In this document: positions 20,736 to 32,600 of the stretch, in pieces
How positions within the stretch are numbered: the first letter of the stretch is position 1
Layout of the letters: each line of letters opens with the position of its first letter
Notes under the pieces: model-generated
The model's database searches: none
The model's input: only the letters and a program-made list of their open reading frames with translations
What the model was told of the DNA's origin: nothing
Made by a program: the position numbers and the translations under genes
Assembly: GCA_047601445.1 (NCBI GenBank)
Contig: JASGJH010000001.1
Span: 1,600,001 to 1,664,000 of the forward strand
Direction of reading: 5' to 3'
DNA length: 64,000 bases
DNA from: Myxococcales bacterium
GTDB taxonomy: Bacteria > Myxococcota_A > Polyangia > Polyangiales > DASUME01

Positions 20736-22365
20736 ATGGATAACGAAGCGCTGAAGGGCTCAGAACTCAAGACAGCCGCCCGTCGTCCTGCGATGGTGCT
20801 CAACGTCAACGACGCCGAAGGCGCCCGCTACACGACGAGCCTCATGCTGCGAAAGGCGGGTTTTGCCGTGCTCGAAGCGGCCAGCGGCGCAGCCGCCCTC
20901 GAGCTCGCCGAAGAGCTGCCCGAGGTCATCGTGCTGGACGTGAGGCTACCCGACATCGATGGGTTCGAGGTCTGTCGACGGATTCGCGCCAATCCCAGGA
21001 CGGCCTCGATCAAGAATCCTGCACACCTCCGCCACTTTCGTCACGCTGGAGAAGCGCGTGCAGGGGCTTGAGCTGGGCGCCGACGGCTACCTCGCCCAAC
21101 CCTTCGAGGGCCAGGAGCTGGTGGCCACCGTGCACGCGCTGGTGCGCTTGAGTCGAGCGGAGCAGGACCTGCGCACACGCGCGGAGGAGCTGCAGGCAGC
21201 CGGCCGCAGAAAGGACGAGTTTTTGGCCATGCTCGCCCACGAGCTGCGCAATCCCCTCTCGGCTATCAGCGCGTCGCTACCGCTGCTGTCGCGACACGCG
21301 GCCCACGACGGGACGGAAGAGCGCGCTCGCGAGATTGTCCAGCGCCAGGTGCGCCAGCTGAGCGGACTGGTGGACGACCTGCTGGATGTGGCGCGGGTGA
21401 CGCAGGGTAAGATCGAGCTGCACCGAAGCACGATCGATCTCGCCGAGCTGCTCGTGCGCACGGTTTGCGCGCTGCGCGACACCAAGGCTCGCCCGCGCCG
21501 GCAGACCATGACGCTGTCCTTGCCTGACGGCCCGCTGTGGGTGGACGGCGACCCCATGCGCCTCGAGCAAATCTTCGCAAACTTGATTGACAACGCTTGC
21601 AAGTACACACCCGAGGGCGGGTCCGTCACGATCTCGGTGAGCAAGCGCCCGAGTGACGGCCGGGAGCGCCTGAACGTGAAAGTCTGCGACACGGGCATGG
21701 GCATCGCGGCGGACGGGCTGTCTCAGATCTTCGAGCTGTTCTCCCAGGTGGCTGTGGCCATCGATCGATCGCGCGGCGGGCTCGGCATCGGTCTCACGCT
21801 CGTGCGCACCCTGGTGGGTCTTCACGGCGGGCGAGTCAGCGCCAGCAGCGAGGGGCCCGGCATGGGTGCCGTCTTCGAAGTCGAGCTGCCCTGCGCGTCA
21901 CCCGCCAGCACAGCGAACTCGAAGTGCGACCAAGAGCCGTCTGGCGTGCACAAGGGCGTGGCGCGCCGGCGTCGCGTGCTGCTCGTGGAGGACAACGACG
22001 ATGCCCGCCAGGGGCTGATGGACCTGTGGCAGCTGTGGGGTCACGAGGTGATTCCGGCGGGCGACGGTGCGGAGGCCATCGAACGCGCGCTGGCGGACGA
22101 ACCAGACATCGCCTTCGTCGACATCGGCTTGCCGGAGTTGGACGGCTACGAGGTCGCACGACGCTTGCGGGCCAACCCGAGGAGCTCGGAGCTCTTGCTG
22201 GTGGCGCTCACCGGTTACGGCTCACCCGAGCAGAAGGGCAAAGCGTTCGAGGCCGGCTTCGACCACCATCTATTGAAGCCGGTGGAACCCGCCATGGTGC
22301 GCAAGCTGATCGACGACCTGAGCGCCACGCGCGCGAGCTCACGACGACGCTCGCGCAGCGCCTAG
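20736..22365 (+). CDS. Hybrid REC-histidine kinase-REC (frameshift near 21015)
   Basis: REC (VLDVRLPD), H-box AHELRNPL, NLIDNACKY, DTGMG, GLGIGL, C-terminal REC (VDIGLP). An extra A in AAGAATC splits the gene. Confidence 0.88.
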
Positions 22366-22408
22366 CAAATCGCGTGGAACCTGCGCGACCCGATGCTGTC
22401 TTGGATGC

Positions 22409-22771
22409 ATGCAACCCAAGACCCCTGCCGCTCTGGTCCAAAGCTATGTGGCGCGCGTACAGCAGCGCGAGCTCGAGGCGCTGCTCTCGCTCTACGAGCC
22501 GGATGCTCTGTTCGTCCCCAAGCCCCACGTGCACGTCCGCGGGCACGCCGCCCTGCGCGAGGGCTTCGAGGAGCTGTTCGCGATCGAGCCGGTGCTAACC
22601 GTGCACATCGCCGAAGAGCATCAGGCCACGGACCTGGTGCTCCTCGCCAACGACTGGACCCTGGAAGGCACCACACCCGACGGACGCGCGGTCGCGCGCT
22701 CGGGGCGCAGCGCAGTGGTCCTGCGGCGGGGCGACGATGGCTCGTGGCGGATCGTAATGGACCGCTTGTAG
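22409..22771 (+). CDS. NTF2/SnoaL-like (YybH/DUF4440) protein
   Basis: LYEPDA...VLRRGDDGSWRIVMD. Confidence 0.8.
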   Translation: MQPKTPAALVQSYVARVQQRELEALLSLYEPDALFVPKPHVHVRGHAALREGFEELFAIEPVLTVHIAEEHQATDLVLLANDWTLEGTTPDGRAVARSGRSAVVLRRGDDGSWRIVMDRL

Positions 22772-22800
22772 CAGGGCGCTGACCAAGTCAGCGCCCTGCT
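22770..22800. terminator. Perfect 14-bp hairpin between convergent genes (probable bidirectional terminator)
   Basis: AGCAGGGCGCTGAC-CAA-GTCAGCGCCCTGCT. Confidence 0.6.
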
Positions 22801-22841
22801 CCCGTGCCAACCTTGCGCCAGCAAGGCTGGCCGTGCCCGAA

Positions 22842-23444
22842 CTACTTCGAGCCCTTGGCGGCATCGTCCACCATGCGCGAGAGCTGCTGCGCGCGCGTGG
22901 ACTCCTCTTCGAGCGAGCCGATGCGGTCGTTGATCAGCTGGGCGACCTTCTCCTCCTGCACCTCACCGCGCAGGGTTCGCAGGCTGCTGATGGACTGGTC
23001 GTTGCGCTGGATGAAGGTACTGAGGGCGAGCTTGGAGGCCTTGAGGCCCTCGGCCTGCTTGATCTTCTTGTTCTCCTTCGCCCAGGCCTCCTCGACCTTC
23101 TTCGTCTTCTGCTGCATCTGTGGAGAGTTCACGTCCACGCCGTAGGTCAGCGCGAAGGCGCCGAGACGGGCATCGCTCTTCTCGTACTCGATGTGGCGCT
23201 CCTTGAAGAACGAGCGAACCTCCGGGAGGTCGGCGACCTCGGCGGCAGCGCCAGAGTACGCGGACCGCGCCTGGTTGAGCGCGTGAAGCTCGGCGACGGC
23301 TTGCTGCGCCTTACCACTGAGTTGCCGGGGCTGCGCCTGGCCGGGAACCGCGGGCGCAGCCGGCCGGTCCTGTGCCAGAACGTGTGAACCTGTGAGAAGG
23401 CCGCCGCAGACAGCCAGCAGTTGCACGTGCTTCATGATGTTCAT
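22842..23444 (-). CDS. Secreted helical protein, DUF4142-like
   Basis: Signal peptide ending VLA-Q; ferritin-like helical pattern (LHALNQ...EVRSFF). Confidence 0.5.
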   Translation of the reverse strand: MNIMKHVQLLAVCGGLLTGSHVLAQDRPAAPAVPGQAQPRQLSGKAQQAVAELHALNQARSAYSGAAAEVADLPEVRSFFKERHIEYEKSDARLGAFALTYGVDVNSPQMQQKTKKVEEAWAKENKKIKQAEGLKASKLALSTFIQRNDQSISSLRTLRGEVQEEKVAQLINDRIGSLEEESTRAQQLSRMVDDAAKGSK

Positions 23445-23596
23445 GCTTACCTCCGGTTCCAGGCGCTCCTGGAAACCCAGCGGAAGTAGTCACGTGACGA
23501 CCAGGTGCAAAGTGATGTCCCTCTCTCCTCCTGTCCGACCAACGAATTCGCTCAACTTGGCTCGGTGCAACTCGCCCAGTGTGCTCACTCGGCCTC

Positions 23597-23685
23597 GGCC
23601 GGCGCTGCGGAGGCGCGGGGCCGACAAAGCGCCCTCTCGCAGCCATCAACTCCATGCGCCCCCGCAGCGCCGACCTAGACCAAAG
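23597..23685. repeat. Short palindromic copy of the hairpin repeat family at 53.6-56.9 kb
   Basis: GGCCGGCGCTGCGG...CCGACAAAGCGCCCTCTCGCAGCCAT...GCGCCCCGCAGCGCCG matches the reverse complement of about 53620-53675. Confidence 0.7.
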
Positions 23686-23737
23686 GACAAACTTGGGTAG
23701 AGGGAGCGCGCAAGAGGTCGGGAGGGTTGGCAGAGTC

Positions 23738-24349
<612 letters not shown>

Positions 24350-24449
24350 GGACCCGAGGATGCAGCGAGACGGCCGCTTCGGCCAATCGCCCTGACGTGG
24401 AAAATGGTCGGCGTTCCTGCCACGCTTGGGGCCCCAGGTGACCCTTCCG

Positions 24450-25136
24450 ATGAGCCCAACTCTCGAACCGTGCATCCCCTCGAACGGCGTTGCCCTGCAC
24501 GTGGAGGCCGTGGCCTTCGACTTCGACGGCACGCTCGCGGACACCACCGGGGCCATCGTGAATACGGCGCTCCAAACGCTGCGCGAGCTCGAGCTTCCCA
24601 GCGTCCCGCCTGAGACCTTCGTGGCGATGATCGGGTTGCCGCTCAGGCAAGCCTTCATCGGGGCCGGGGTCGCGCCCGAGGCCGCCGACGCCTGCGTGGT
24701 GCACTATCGCGCCTGCTTCCCGGCGAACGCCCGGGCAGTGACGTTGTTTCCCGCGGTGCGCGAGTGCCTGGAGGAGCTCACGCGTCAGGGAAGACGACTC
24801 GGGATCGTCTCGAGCCGCGGCCGTGCCTCCCTGCTCGAGCTGCTCGATCGCCTGCAAATTCGCGCACATTTCCGGCAGGTTCTCGGCGACGAAGACGTGC
24901 TGCGTAAGAAGCCCGAACCAGATCTCGTGCACATGCTGGGTACCCGCTTGCAGATCGCTCCGGCTCGCATGCTGGTGGTGGGGGACACCACCTATGACAT
25001 CGAGATGGGCCACGCGGCTGGCGCTGCAACCTGTGCGGTGACATACGGCAGCCACGACGGGGCGCGCCTGCAAGCAGCACGTCCCACCTACCAACTCGAC
25101 TCGCTCTCAGGTCTGGGAGCACTGCTGGCGCGATGA
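24450..25136 (+). CDS. HAD-family hydrolase (PpaX/phosphoglycolate phosphatase-like)
   Basis: FDFDGTL, KKPEP, VGDTTYDI. Confidence 0.9.
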   Translation: MSPTLEPCIPSNGVALHVEAVAFDFDGTLADTTGAIVNTALQTLRELELPSVPPETFVAMIGLPLRQAFIGAGVAPEAADACVVHYRACFPANARAVTLFPAVRECLEELTRQGRRLGIVSSRGRASLLELLDRLQIRAHFRQVLGDEDVLRKKPEPDLVHMLGTRLQIAPARMLVVGDTTYDIEMGHAAGAATCAVTYGSHDGARLQAARPTYQLDSLSGLGALLAR

Positions 25137-27685
25137 GCGCGACTCCTCTGCATCGCCCCGAAATCCTCGCCCCCGCAGGCACCGAGGAGTCCTTTGCGGC
25201 CGCCTTGGCGAGCGGCGCGGACGCGGTGTACCTGGGCCTTTCGGAGGGCTTCAACGCACGCGGCCGATCCACGGCGTTCAATCTGGAGCTCCTGCCGGGC
25301 CTGGTCCGACGCGCTCACGCGGCCAACGTGAAGCTCTACCTCACGCTCAACACGCTGGTGTTCGAGAGCGAACTGGCCAGCCTCGAGCAGCTCCTGCGGG
25401 CGGTGGTCGCGAGCGGCGTCGACGCCCTGATCATCCAGGACCCTGCCACGGCCTTCATCGCGCGCCGGCTCTCCGCCGAGATTCGCCTGCACGCCAGCAC
25501 CCAGATGACCATCTCGAGCGCCGAGGGCGCGCTCTTCGCGGCTAGCCTGGGCATGCAGCGAGTGGTGCTTCCCCGTGAGCTGAGCAGCGAGGAGATTGCG
25601 CGCTTCACGCGCGAGAGCGGGATGGAGTGCGAGGTCTTCGTGCACGGGGCCCTGTGCATGGCCTGGAGCGGGCAGTGCCTCACCAGCGAAGCCTTCTCCG
25701 AGCGCTCGGCAAACCGAGGCCAGTGTTCCCAGGCCTGTCGCATGCCCTACGAGGCCATCGTCGACGGCCAGCGCCGCGAGCTCGGCGACAAGCGCTACCT
25801 GTTAAGCCCGCAGGATTTGGCCGCCCACGAGGCGCTACCCGACCTGCTGCAGGCGGGCGTGCACAGCTTGAAGATCGAGGGACGCTACAAGGGCCCCGCC
25901 TACGTGAGCACCGCGGTGGACTCCTGGCGCAACTGGCGCGATGCCTTGCTGCGCGGAGCCACCGAGGCCGATCGCGAGCGCCTGGCACGCGATGTGGAGC
26001 GCACCCAGCTCGCCTTCTCGCGCGGCGGATCCATCGGTTTTCTGCGCGGAGAGAACCACCAAGCCCTGGTGGTGGGGACCACGCCCAAGCATCGCGGGCT
26101 CGCGCTCGGTGAGGTCGTCGAAATGCGCGCGCGCAGCGTGCGCGTGGCCTTCGCGGGCGAGCCGGAGCTGCGCGAGCGGCTGCGCGCGGGCATGGGCGTG
26201 AAGTTCGAGCTGATGGGGCGTAGCGCGCAGGAACACGATCCCGAGCATGCCCCGGGTGGCCCCCTGTTCGGGCTGCGCTGGATCGACGACGCGTGCGTGG
26301 AGCTGAGCTTCGGTCAGCCTGGGCCGGATCTCGCGCGCGTGCGCGTGGGCGACGCCGTACGTCTCACCGGCGATCCGGAGCTTGCGCGCGAGGCCGAGCG
26401 ACGCGTCCACCAGTCGGTGGAGGGCCGCATCCCAGTGACCCTACGCGTGCAGGGACGTCAGGGCGAGAAGCTCGGTGTGGAGGCTCACGCGAGCTTCGGC
26501 GCGCGAGCGCTGCACGCGACTGGCGAGGCCCCCCAGCTGCTCGCGCCGGCACGCGCCGGATCAGGGCTCGACCGCGCGCTGCTCGGCGAGAAGCTCGGTG
26601 CGTTCGGCGGCACGCCCTTCCACCTGCACGAGCTCGACATCGGCGACCTCGAGTCGGGTCTCCATGCCCCCGTGTCCGAACTCAAGCGCCTGCGCCGTGA
26701 GCTCGCGGGTCAGCTCGAAGCCGACCTCCTCGAGCACAGACACGCGCCGCTGCCCGAAGCGCCGGTCGTGCGCGAGCTGCGGAGCGAGCTTGCCCGCAGC
26801 CAACCTGATGACCTGGGTCCTCCTGCGCTCGTCCCCCTGTGTCGCACCGAAGAACAGCTCGAGGCGGTGATCGCGAGCGGACTCGGTGCCGACGCCGAGG
26901 TGGAGCTCGACTGGATGGAGATGGTGGGCCTGGGTCGCGCGGTGCAGCGCGCGCGCAGCGCCGGCCTGCGCGTCACCTTGGCCACCGTGCGCGTACAGAA
27001 GCCCGGTGAGGAGACCTACGACCGCCGCATTGCCAACCTCAAGCCGGACGCCGTGCTGGTGCGCCACTGGGGCGCGCTGATGCATTTCGCGAACGCGCAA
27101 GGGGCCCAGGCCGCACCCGTGATTCACGGGGACTTCTCCCTCAACGTCACGAACTCGCTCACGGCTCACCACTTGCTGGGCCTGGGACTACGCACCGTCA
27201 CGGCCTCCCACGACCTGAACCAGAACCAGCTCCTGGACTTGCTCGCGCAGGTCCCGCGCGGTCGCGTCGCGCTCACGCTCCACCATCACATCCCGACCTT
27301 CCACAACTCGCATTGCGTGTACGCGCACCTCTTGAGCAGTGGCACCGACTACCGCAGCTGCGGGCGACCCTGCGAAGCGCACCGCGTGGCGCTGCGCGAT
27401 TTCGCGGGCCACGAGCACCCAGTCGTGGTGGACGTGAGCTGCCGCAACACCGTGTTCAACGCGTTCGCGCAGAGCGCCGCGCCGCTGGTACCCAAACTGC
27501 TCGAGCTTGGAGTTCGGCGCTTCCGTGTCGAACTCGTGTGGGAGCGCGGCGACGAAGTCACGCGCACGCTCGCGGCCTACCGCAGGCTGCTGGGCGGTGA
27601 GATCAGCGCGGCCGAGGCGCTCAAAGCAGCCTCGGTCCACGAGCGCTACGGCGTGACCACACCGCTGCGCATCCCCAAGCGCTGA
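25133..27685 (+). CDS. Peptidase U32-family protein with DUF3656 (RlhA-like rRNA hydroxylase)
   Basis: PEILAPAG, HASTQM, VHGALCMAWSGQC, NRGQCSQACR, LKIEGR; 850-aa long form. Confidence 0.85.
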   Translation: MSATPLHRPEILAPAGTEESFAAALASGADAVYLGLSEGFNARGRSTAFNLELLPGLVRRAHAANVKLYLTLNTLVFESELASLEQLLRAVVASGVDALIIQDPATAFIARRLSAEIRLHASTQMTISSAEGALFAASLGMQRVVLPRELSSEEIARFTRESGMECEVFVHGALCMAWSGQCLTSEAFSERSANRGQCSQACRMPYEAIVDGQRRELGDKRYLLSPQDLAAHEALPDLLQAGVHSLKIEGRYKGPAYVSTAVDSWRNWRDALLRGATEADRERLARDVERTQLAFSRGGSIGFLRGENHQALVVGTTPKHRGLALGEVVEMRARSVRVAFAGEPELRERLRAGMGVKFELMGRSAQEHDPEHAPGGPLFGLRWIDDACVELSFGQPGPDLARVRVGDAVRLTGDPELAREAERRVHQSVEGRIPVTLRVQGRQGEKLGVEAHASFGARALHATGEAPQLLAPARAGSGLDRALLGEKLGAFGGTPFHLHELDIGDLESGLHAPVSELKRLRRELAGQLEADLLEHRHAPLPEAPVVRELRSELARSQPDDLGPPALVPLCRTEEQLEAVIASGLGADAEVELDWMEMVGLGRAVQRARSAGLRVTLATVRVQKPGEETYDRRIANLKPDAVLVRHWGALMHFANAQGAQAAPVIHGDFSLNVTNSLTAHHLLGLGLRTVTASHDLNQNQLLDLLAQVPRGRVALTLHHHIPTFHNSHCVYAHLLSSGTDYRSCGRPCEAHRVALRDFAGHEHPVVVDVSCRNTVFNAFAQSAAPLVPKLLELGVRRFRVELVWERGDEVTRTLAAYRRLLGGEISAAEALKAASVHERYGVTTPLRIPKR

Positions 27686-27766
27686 CGCTTCGACGGTGGC
27701 TCACCCGTCATGCCGGACCTATGCCCCCCGGCGGCCTTCCCGGGGTACGCTTCGGCAGGCGGCCCG

Positions 27767-28717
27767 ATGACCATTACCCACCCTGACAAACTCCTGTTCC
27801 CCGCCGACGGGATCTCCAAGGGCGAGCTCGCCGCCTACTACGCGAGCGTGGCGGCGGTGATGCTGCCGCACCTGCGCGGGCGACCGGTGACCATGGAGCG
27901 CTTCCCCGCGGGGATCGAGCAAAAGGGCTTCATGCAAAAGGACGTCTCCAAGGGCTTCCCGTCCTGGTTGAAGCGCGTGGAGGTCCCGAAGCGAAACGGC
28001 ACCGTCCACTATCCGCTCATCGACGATCGAGAGTCCCTGCTTTGGCTCGCCAATCAGAACTGCATCACACCCCACGTCTGGTCTGCGCGCGCGCCTGCCC
28101 TGGAGGCCCCGGATCTGTGCGTATTCGACCTGGATCCCTCCCATGAAGAACCCGAGGTGCTGCGGCGTGCCGCGCTCCTGGTGCGCGACGTGCTGGCGGA
28201 ACTTGGACTCACGAGCTGGCTGAAGACCTCCGGCTCCAAGGGCTTTCATATCGTGGTGCCGCTCGAGGTGCAGGTCGGCTACGAGCTGACCTGGCGCTTT
28301 GCCCAGGGCGTCGGAGCGTGGTTGGTCAAGCGCGACCCTGATCACCTGACCCAGGAGTTCATCAAGGCCGACCGCCACGGGCGCATCCTGATCGACACCG
28401 GACGAAACGGATACGGTGCCACGTTCGCCGCCGCCTACGCGGTCCGGGCGCGGGCCGGGGCACCCGTATCGGCCCCCTGTGCTTGGGCCGAGCTCGAAGC
28501 GGGGCAGGTATCTCCCACGAGCTTCACCCTGCGCGACCTGCCGGCTCGCCTCCAACAGCGCGGCGACCTCTGGAGTGACCTGCACCACCACCCACAGGGG
28601 CTCGCGACCGCCATGGAGCGCCTCCACACCGTGCTCTCGCCCGAAGATTGGGCAGAAGCCCACGCGGCGTCCACCCGCAAGCCCAAGGCACGTTCGCGTC
28701 CCACGCAGGGCGAGTGA
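27767..28717 (+). CDS. Stand-alone LigD-type primase-polymerase domain
   Basis: ITHPDK, RPVTMERFP, FDLDP, KTSGSKGFH, ILID, PVSAP; no ligase domain. Confidence 0.9.
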   Translation: MTITHPDKLLFPADGISKGELAAYYASVAAVMLPHLRGRPVTMERFPAGIEQKGFMQKDVSKGFPSWLKRVEVPKRNGTVHYPLIDDRESLLWLANQNCITPHVWSARAPALEAPDLCVFDLDPSHEEPEVLRRAALLVRDVLAELGLTSWLKTSGSKGFHIVVPLEVQVGYELTWRFAQGVGAWLVKRDPDHLTQEFIKADRHGRILIDTGRNGYGATFAAAYAVRARAGAPVSAPCAWAELEAGQVSPTSFTLRDLPARLQQRGDLWSDLHHHPQGLATAMERLHTVLSPEDWAEAHAASTRKPKARSRPTQGE

Positions 28718-28762
28718 GCGCGCCAACGCAGCCCAGCCAGATGCCCGGAACGGCCCGCTTGC

Positions 28763-29320
28763 TCAGAAGCCGAAGCCGGACTGGAACAGCACGGTCAAGC
28801 TGGGCTTCATCTCGGTGCCGTTGTCGCGCAAGAACATGGGCAGATCGAGCTCCACGAAGTAGCTCACGCCATTGCCGAGCGCGAAAGGCTTCACGATAAT
28901 CGGGACGAGGCCGATGTTGCGCGCCGCGCCGACCTCGGTGGCCACGCGCAGGCCCGCGGCGAGCGAGCCGAAGGAGTAGACCACTCCGGGGTCGACGATG
29001 AAGGTCGTGGCGGTGGTGCCGTTCTTCCACTTGTTGAAGGCGATGAACTCGAAGTCCACCGACCAGTGCTCATCGAGGTGCACGGTGATGCCGGGCGTGA
29101 TGCCAACGGTCACGAAGTCCCTGCCGATCAGCGTGTTCTCCGGAGAGGCCACCGTGAGGATGGGCAAGGCGAAGCCCAAATGGCCGCCCACGCTACGGGT
29201 CGGCGCAGGCGCTTCCTGCGCTCGGGCCGAGGCAGGCGCCATGCCGGCGAGCGTCGAGCCGAACAATCCCATCAACAATGCCAACACAAACCGAGCGTTC
29301 ACACCGCGCACAAACCGCAT
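28763..29320 (-). CDS. Small outer-membrane beta-barrel-like protein
   Basis: Signal peptide (ARA-Q); amphipathic beta strands; C-terminal Phe. Confidence 0.55.
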   Translation of the reverse strand: MRFVRGVNARFVLALLMGLFGSTLAGMAPASARAQEAPAPTRSVGGHLGFALPILTVASPENTLIGRDFVTVGITPGITVHLDEHWSVDFEFIAFNKWKNGTTATTFIVDPGVVYSFGSLAAGLRVATEVGAARNIGLVPIIVKPFALGNGVSYFVELDLPMFLRDNGTEMKPSLTVLFQSGFGF

Positions 29321-29611
29321 TCTCGAGCACTCCCGCCTCCCGCCACGGGGCCACCGGCGGTGACCTTCGGGGAGGCATCGGAAATTAAATCGCAGGCACG
29401 CGCTCCATTTCCAGCGTGCTCGACGGGTGCCTCGTATTTCATAGGGCCACTGACCTACATGTGAGCGGCGCTGTCCACGGACGTTTCTGCAGCGAGCGAT
29501 TCGAGCATTGAGCGGAGAATCCTCGTTCGATGGAGGCGCAGCGACCACGGAAGGGAGGCCAAGACCGAGGATCACGCCGCATCGCCAGCTCCCGTGCTAC
29601 GAGGCGCCCGC

Positions 29612-32600
29612 ATGGGGCAGCCGTACCTGAGACGCGAGCAAACTGCCGACGTGCTCCGCTATTGGCTCTCTTCGCTGAAGCTCGAGGCCGCGCTGGAGCT
29701 TCGCCCCCAAGCGCGCCGCGCCCCCGCGACCGCGCCTGCTCCGAGGCTCGACCTGCCCACGCCAGGCCAGGACTACTTCAAGCTGCCCTTGGACAGCGCC
29801 CTCGCGGGCCTGTTGGGACAGCGAGAGAGCGTGCGGCGCCCCCTGGACGGCGAGCTTTCCGCGTTCTTCGAGACCTGGCTCCACGCGCAATACCGCCGCG
29901 CCGAGGAGCAGGGTGACCTCTCGCAGCTGTTGTGCTTCCCGGTGGTGCACATGCCGCGCGGCGAGCTGGCCGGCCTGTTGCGCTGCGGCGTGCGCCTTCG
30001 CTTCGGACGCACGACGGGAGAAGCCTTCCGGGTGCCGAGCTTCGCGGAGCGGCAGCGAGGGCAATATCCAGCACCGCCCCAGGAGGTGTTGGTAAGTCAG
30101 TCAGCGCGCCAAGACGGCGCCTGGCCCTTCTTCGTGGATACTCGCCTGCTCAACCAGACGCTCGGTGTTCCGAGTGAGGCCATCGATGCCCTCTTCGACG
30201 GCCTGCGTGCGCTCGACGGTCCCTCCGAAACCCAGATGCTGGCACTCGTGCTCCGCACGCTGGAAGGCGCCCTCCCCGCGGATGCATCAGCGCGCGCACC
30301 AGCGAGTCCGGCCCCGTCGGCGCACGAGGACGCGGAGGCGCTGCTCGAGGGCATCACCGGCTGCATGCGCACGTTGCTCGAGCGTGCCAACTCGCGCGCG
30401 CAGGTGTACGCGGTCGGCATCGTGCTGGACGGAACCCAGGCCAAGACCACCTGGCACCTGCAGCGCGACCTGCGCGAACTCCTGGAGAGTGAGCCCCCGG
30501 AACGTCTGCGTAACGACCGTTGCTTGGGCGCCTATCTCGCGGGCCGCCCGCTCGAAGGCACGGAGCTGCCACAGCAAGCGTTGTTCCCGGGTCCCGTGCT
30601 GACGGCCCATCAACGGCGCGCGGCCGAGCACTTCTGGGGTTCGCGCTTCACCTCGGTGGAGGGGCCGCCAGGCACTGGAAAGACCACGCTGATCCTGCAT
30701 CTGTGTGCGGAGGCCTTGCTCGGCAAGATCGCGCGCTTCGTGGAGCAAGGTGTGATGGACGACGCCTTGCTCCTGATCACCAGCAGCAACAACCGCGCAG
30801 TCGATAACGTCCTCGAGGGGCTCGGCGGCGGCGCCGGCCTGCCACTCGCGCTGCGCGCGGGAAGCCGACAAATCTGCGAGCAGGTGCTCGTCCATCAGCT
30901 GCGCCAGGTGAAGCGCTGGCTCGAGCAGGCGGAGGCGGAGTCGCGCGAGCAACGACAGGCGGCGCTGGCCCACGCAGTGGAGCGCTTCCGGCAGCTGCGC
31001 GCGCGAATGGAGCCCCTCTATGCACCGCGCCTACGCGCACTGGGCCGCCGTGCGGAGCGCGACCGAGTGCGTGAGGAGCTCGCGGAAGCCGTACAGCGCG
31101 CGGCAGAAGACGGCCAAGCGCTGGTCCTCCCAGGCGACGCGCTCGAGTTGCCCGACGGACTGGCGCAGCCGCTGCGCAACGCGCTCCTCAAGCTGGAGCA
31201 GCGCCTCGTTGCGCTGAGCAAGCTGTGCGAAGCGAGCCCGGGACTCGCCCAGCTCAACGCGGTGGCGCGTCACTACGGCCGCACCGCCGACGGCGACCTT
31301 CCCGTCTTCGAAGCGGCCCTCTCGGCGGCTCGGCTCGCGCTCGATTTGCCGCTCCCGCCGCTCGTCGCCCCGCTCGCGCCGCGCGAGCTGATGGACGCCT
31401 GGGAGGACGCCACCGAGCGCAGCTTGACCCTGCTCGGCGAGCTGCGCGAGCGACTCGATGCCACGCGCGCACATGCCCAGCGCAGCCAACAGCGAGCGGA
31501 GCGCGCGCGAACCATCGAAGGCCTGCGCGAACGCCTCGCGAAGCTCGAGCAGGAGGCCGGCGACCTGCCCGAGGTCGTGCACGACGCGGCGCTCTCCTGC
31601 ACGCTGTTCGCGGACGCGGTAAGCGTACGCGAGGCCTGGGCGAAGGCCGAAGCCGGTAGCTTGCGGGAGGCCGTGGTCGCCGCGCTCGACACCCTCGAGT
31701 CAGACCGCTCGCTCAGACCGCTCTACCGCGACCAGCCCCAGCACGCCCGCACCCTGCAGCGCTTGTTCGGGGTGTGGGGCTCCACGCTATTGTCCCTGGC
31801 CAACTGCTTCCCCAGCGCGGCGGGCAGCATCGCCCGCGTCGTCATCGACGAAGCCGGCCAGTGCCATCCCGCCCACGCCATCTCCGCCTTGATGCGTTGC
31901 GACGCAGCGCTGGTGATCGGCGACACCAAGCAGCTAACGCCCGTGATCGAGCTAAGCGCAGACGAAGAGGCGCGCTTGCTGCAGAGCTGTGGGCTTCGGC
32001 CGGAGCCCTGGCTCGAGCCCTATCGCCTGCACACGCAGGCCTGGGTCTCCACGCAGAGCCTGGCCGAGCGCGCCGTGCAAGCGCGCCATACACTGATCGA
32101 TCACTTCCGGTGCCAGCCCGAGATCATCGAGGTCTCGGACGCGCTGTGCGGGTACGGTCTGCGCGTCCACACGCCGCGCGCGACCCGAGCGCACGAAGCG
32201 CCCTTCCTCGCTGCCCCTCTCTCCTGGGTGGATCTCGAGGGCCAGCAAGAGTCCCTGGGTGGGAGCCTGTGCAACCAGGTCGAGCTGCGCGAGGTCGTCG
32301 CGCTCGTGCGGCGCCTGCTCACGTGTGGCATCTCGGCCTGTGACGTCGCCGTGATCACGCCCTACCGAGGTCAGCTCGAGCTCTTGCGGCGCGCATTCGC
32401 CCACGAACGCGTGCCGCTCGAATACTCACCTGAGCTCGTCGAAGGCCACGACGCGGGTAGCGCGCGGGCGAGTTCGGGCCTCGCGCTCGGCACCGTGCAT
32501 CGCTTTCAGGGGGGCGAGCGCAGCATCGTGCTCTTCACCAGCGTGGTCACGCGCGCTCAGTCCCTTGGCTTCTTGAACGCCCGCCCCAACCTGCTCAACG

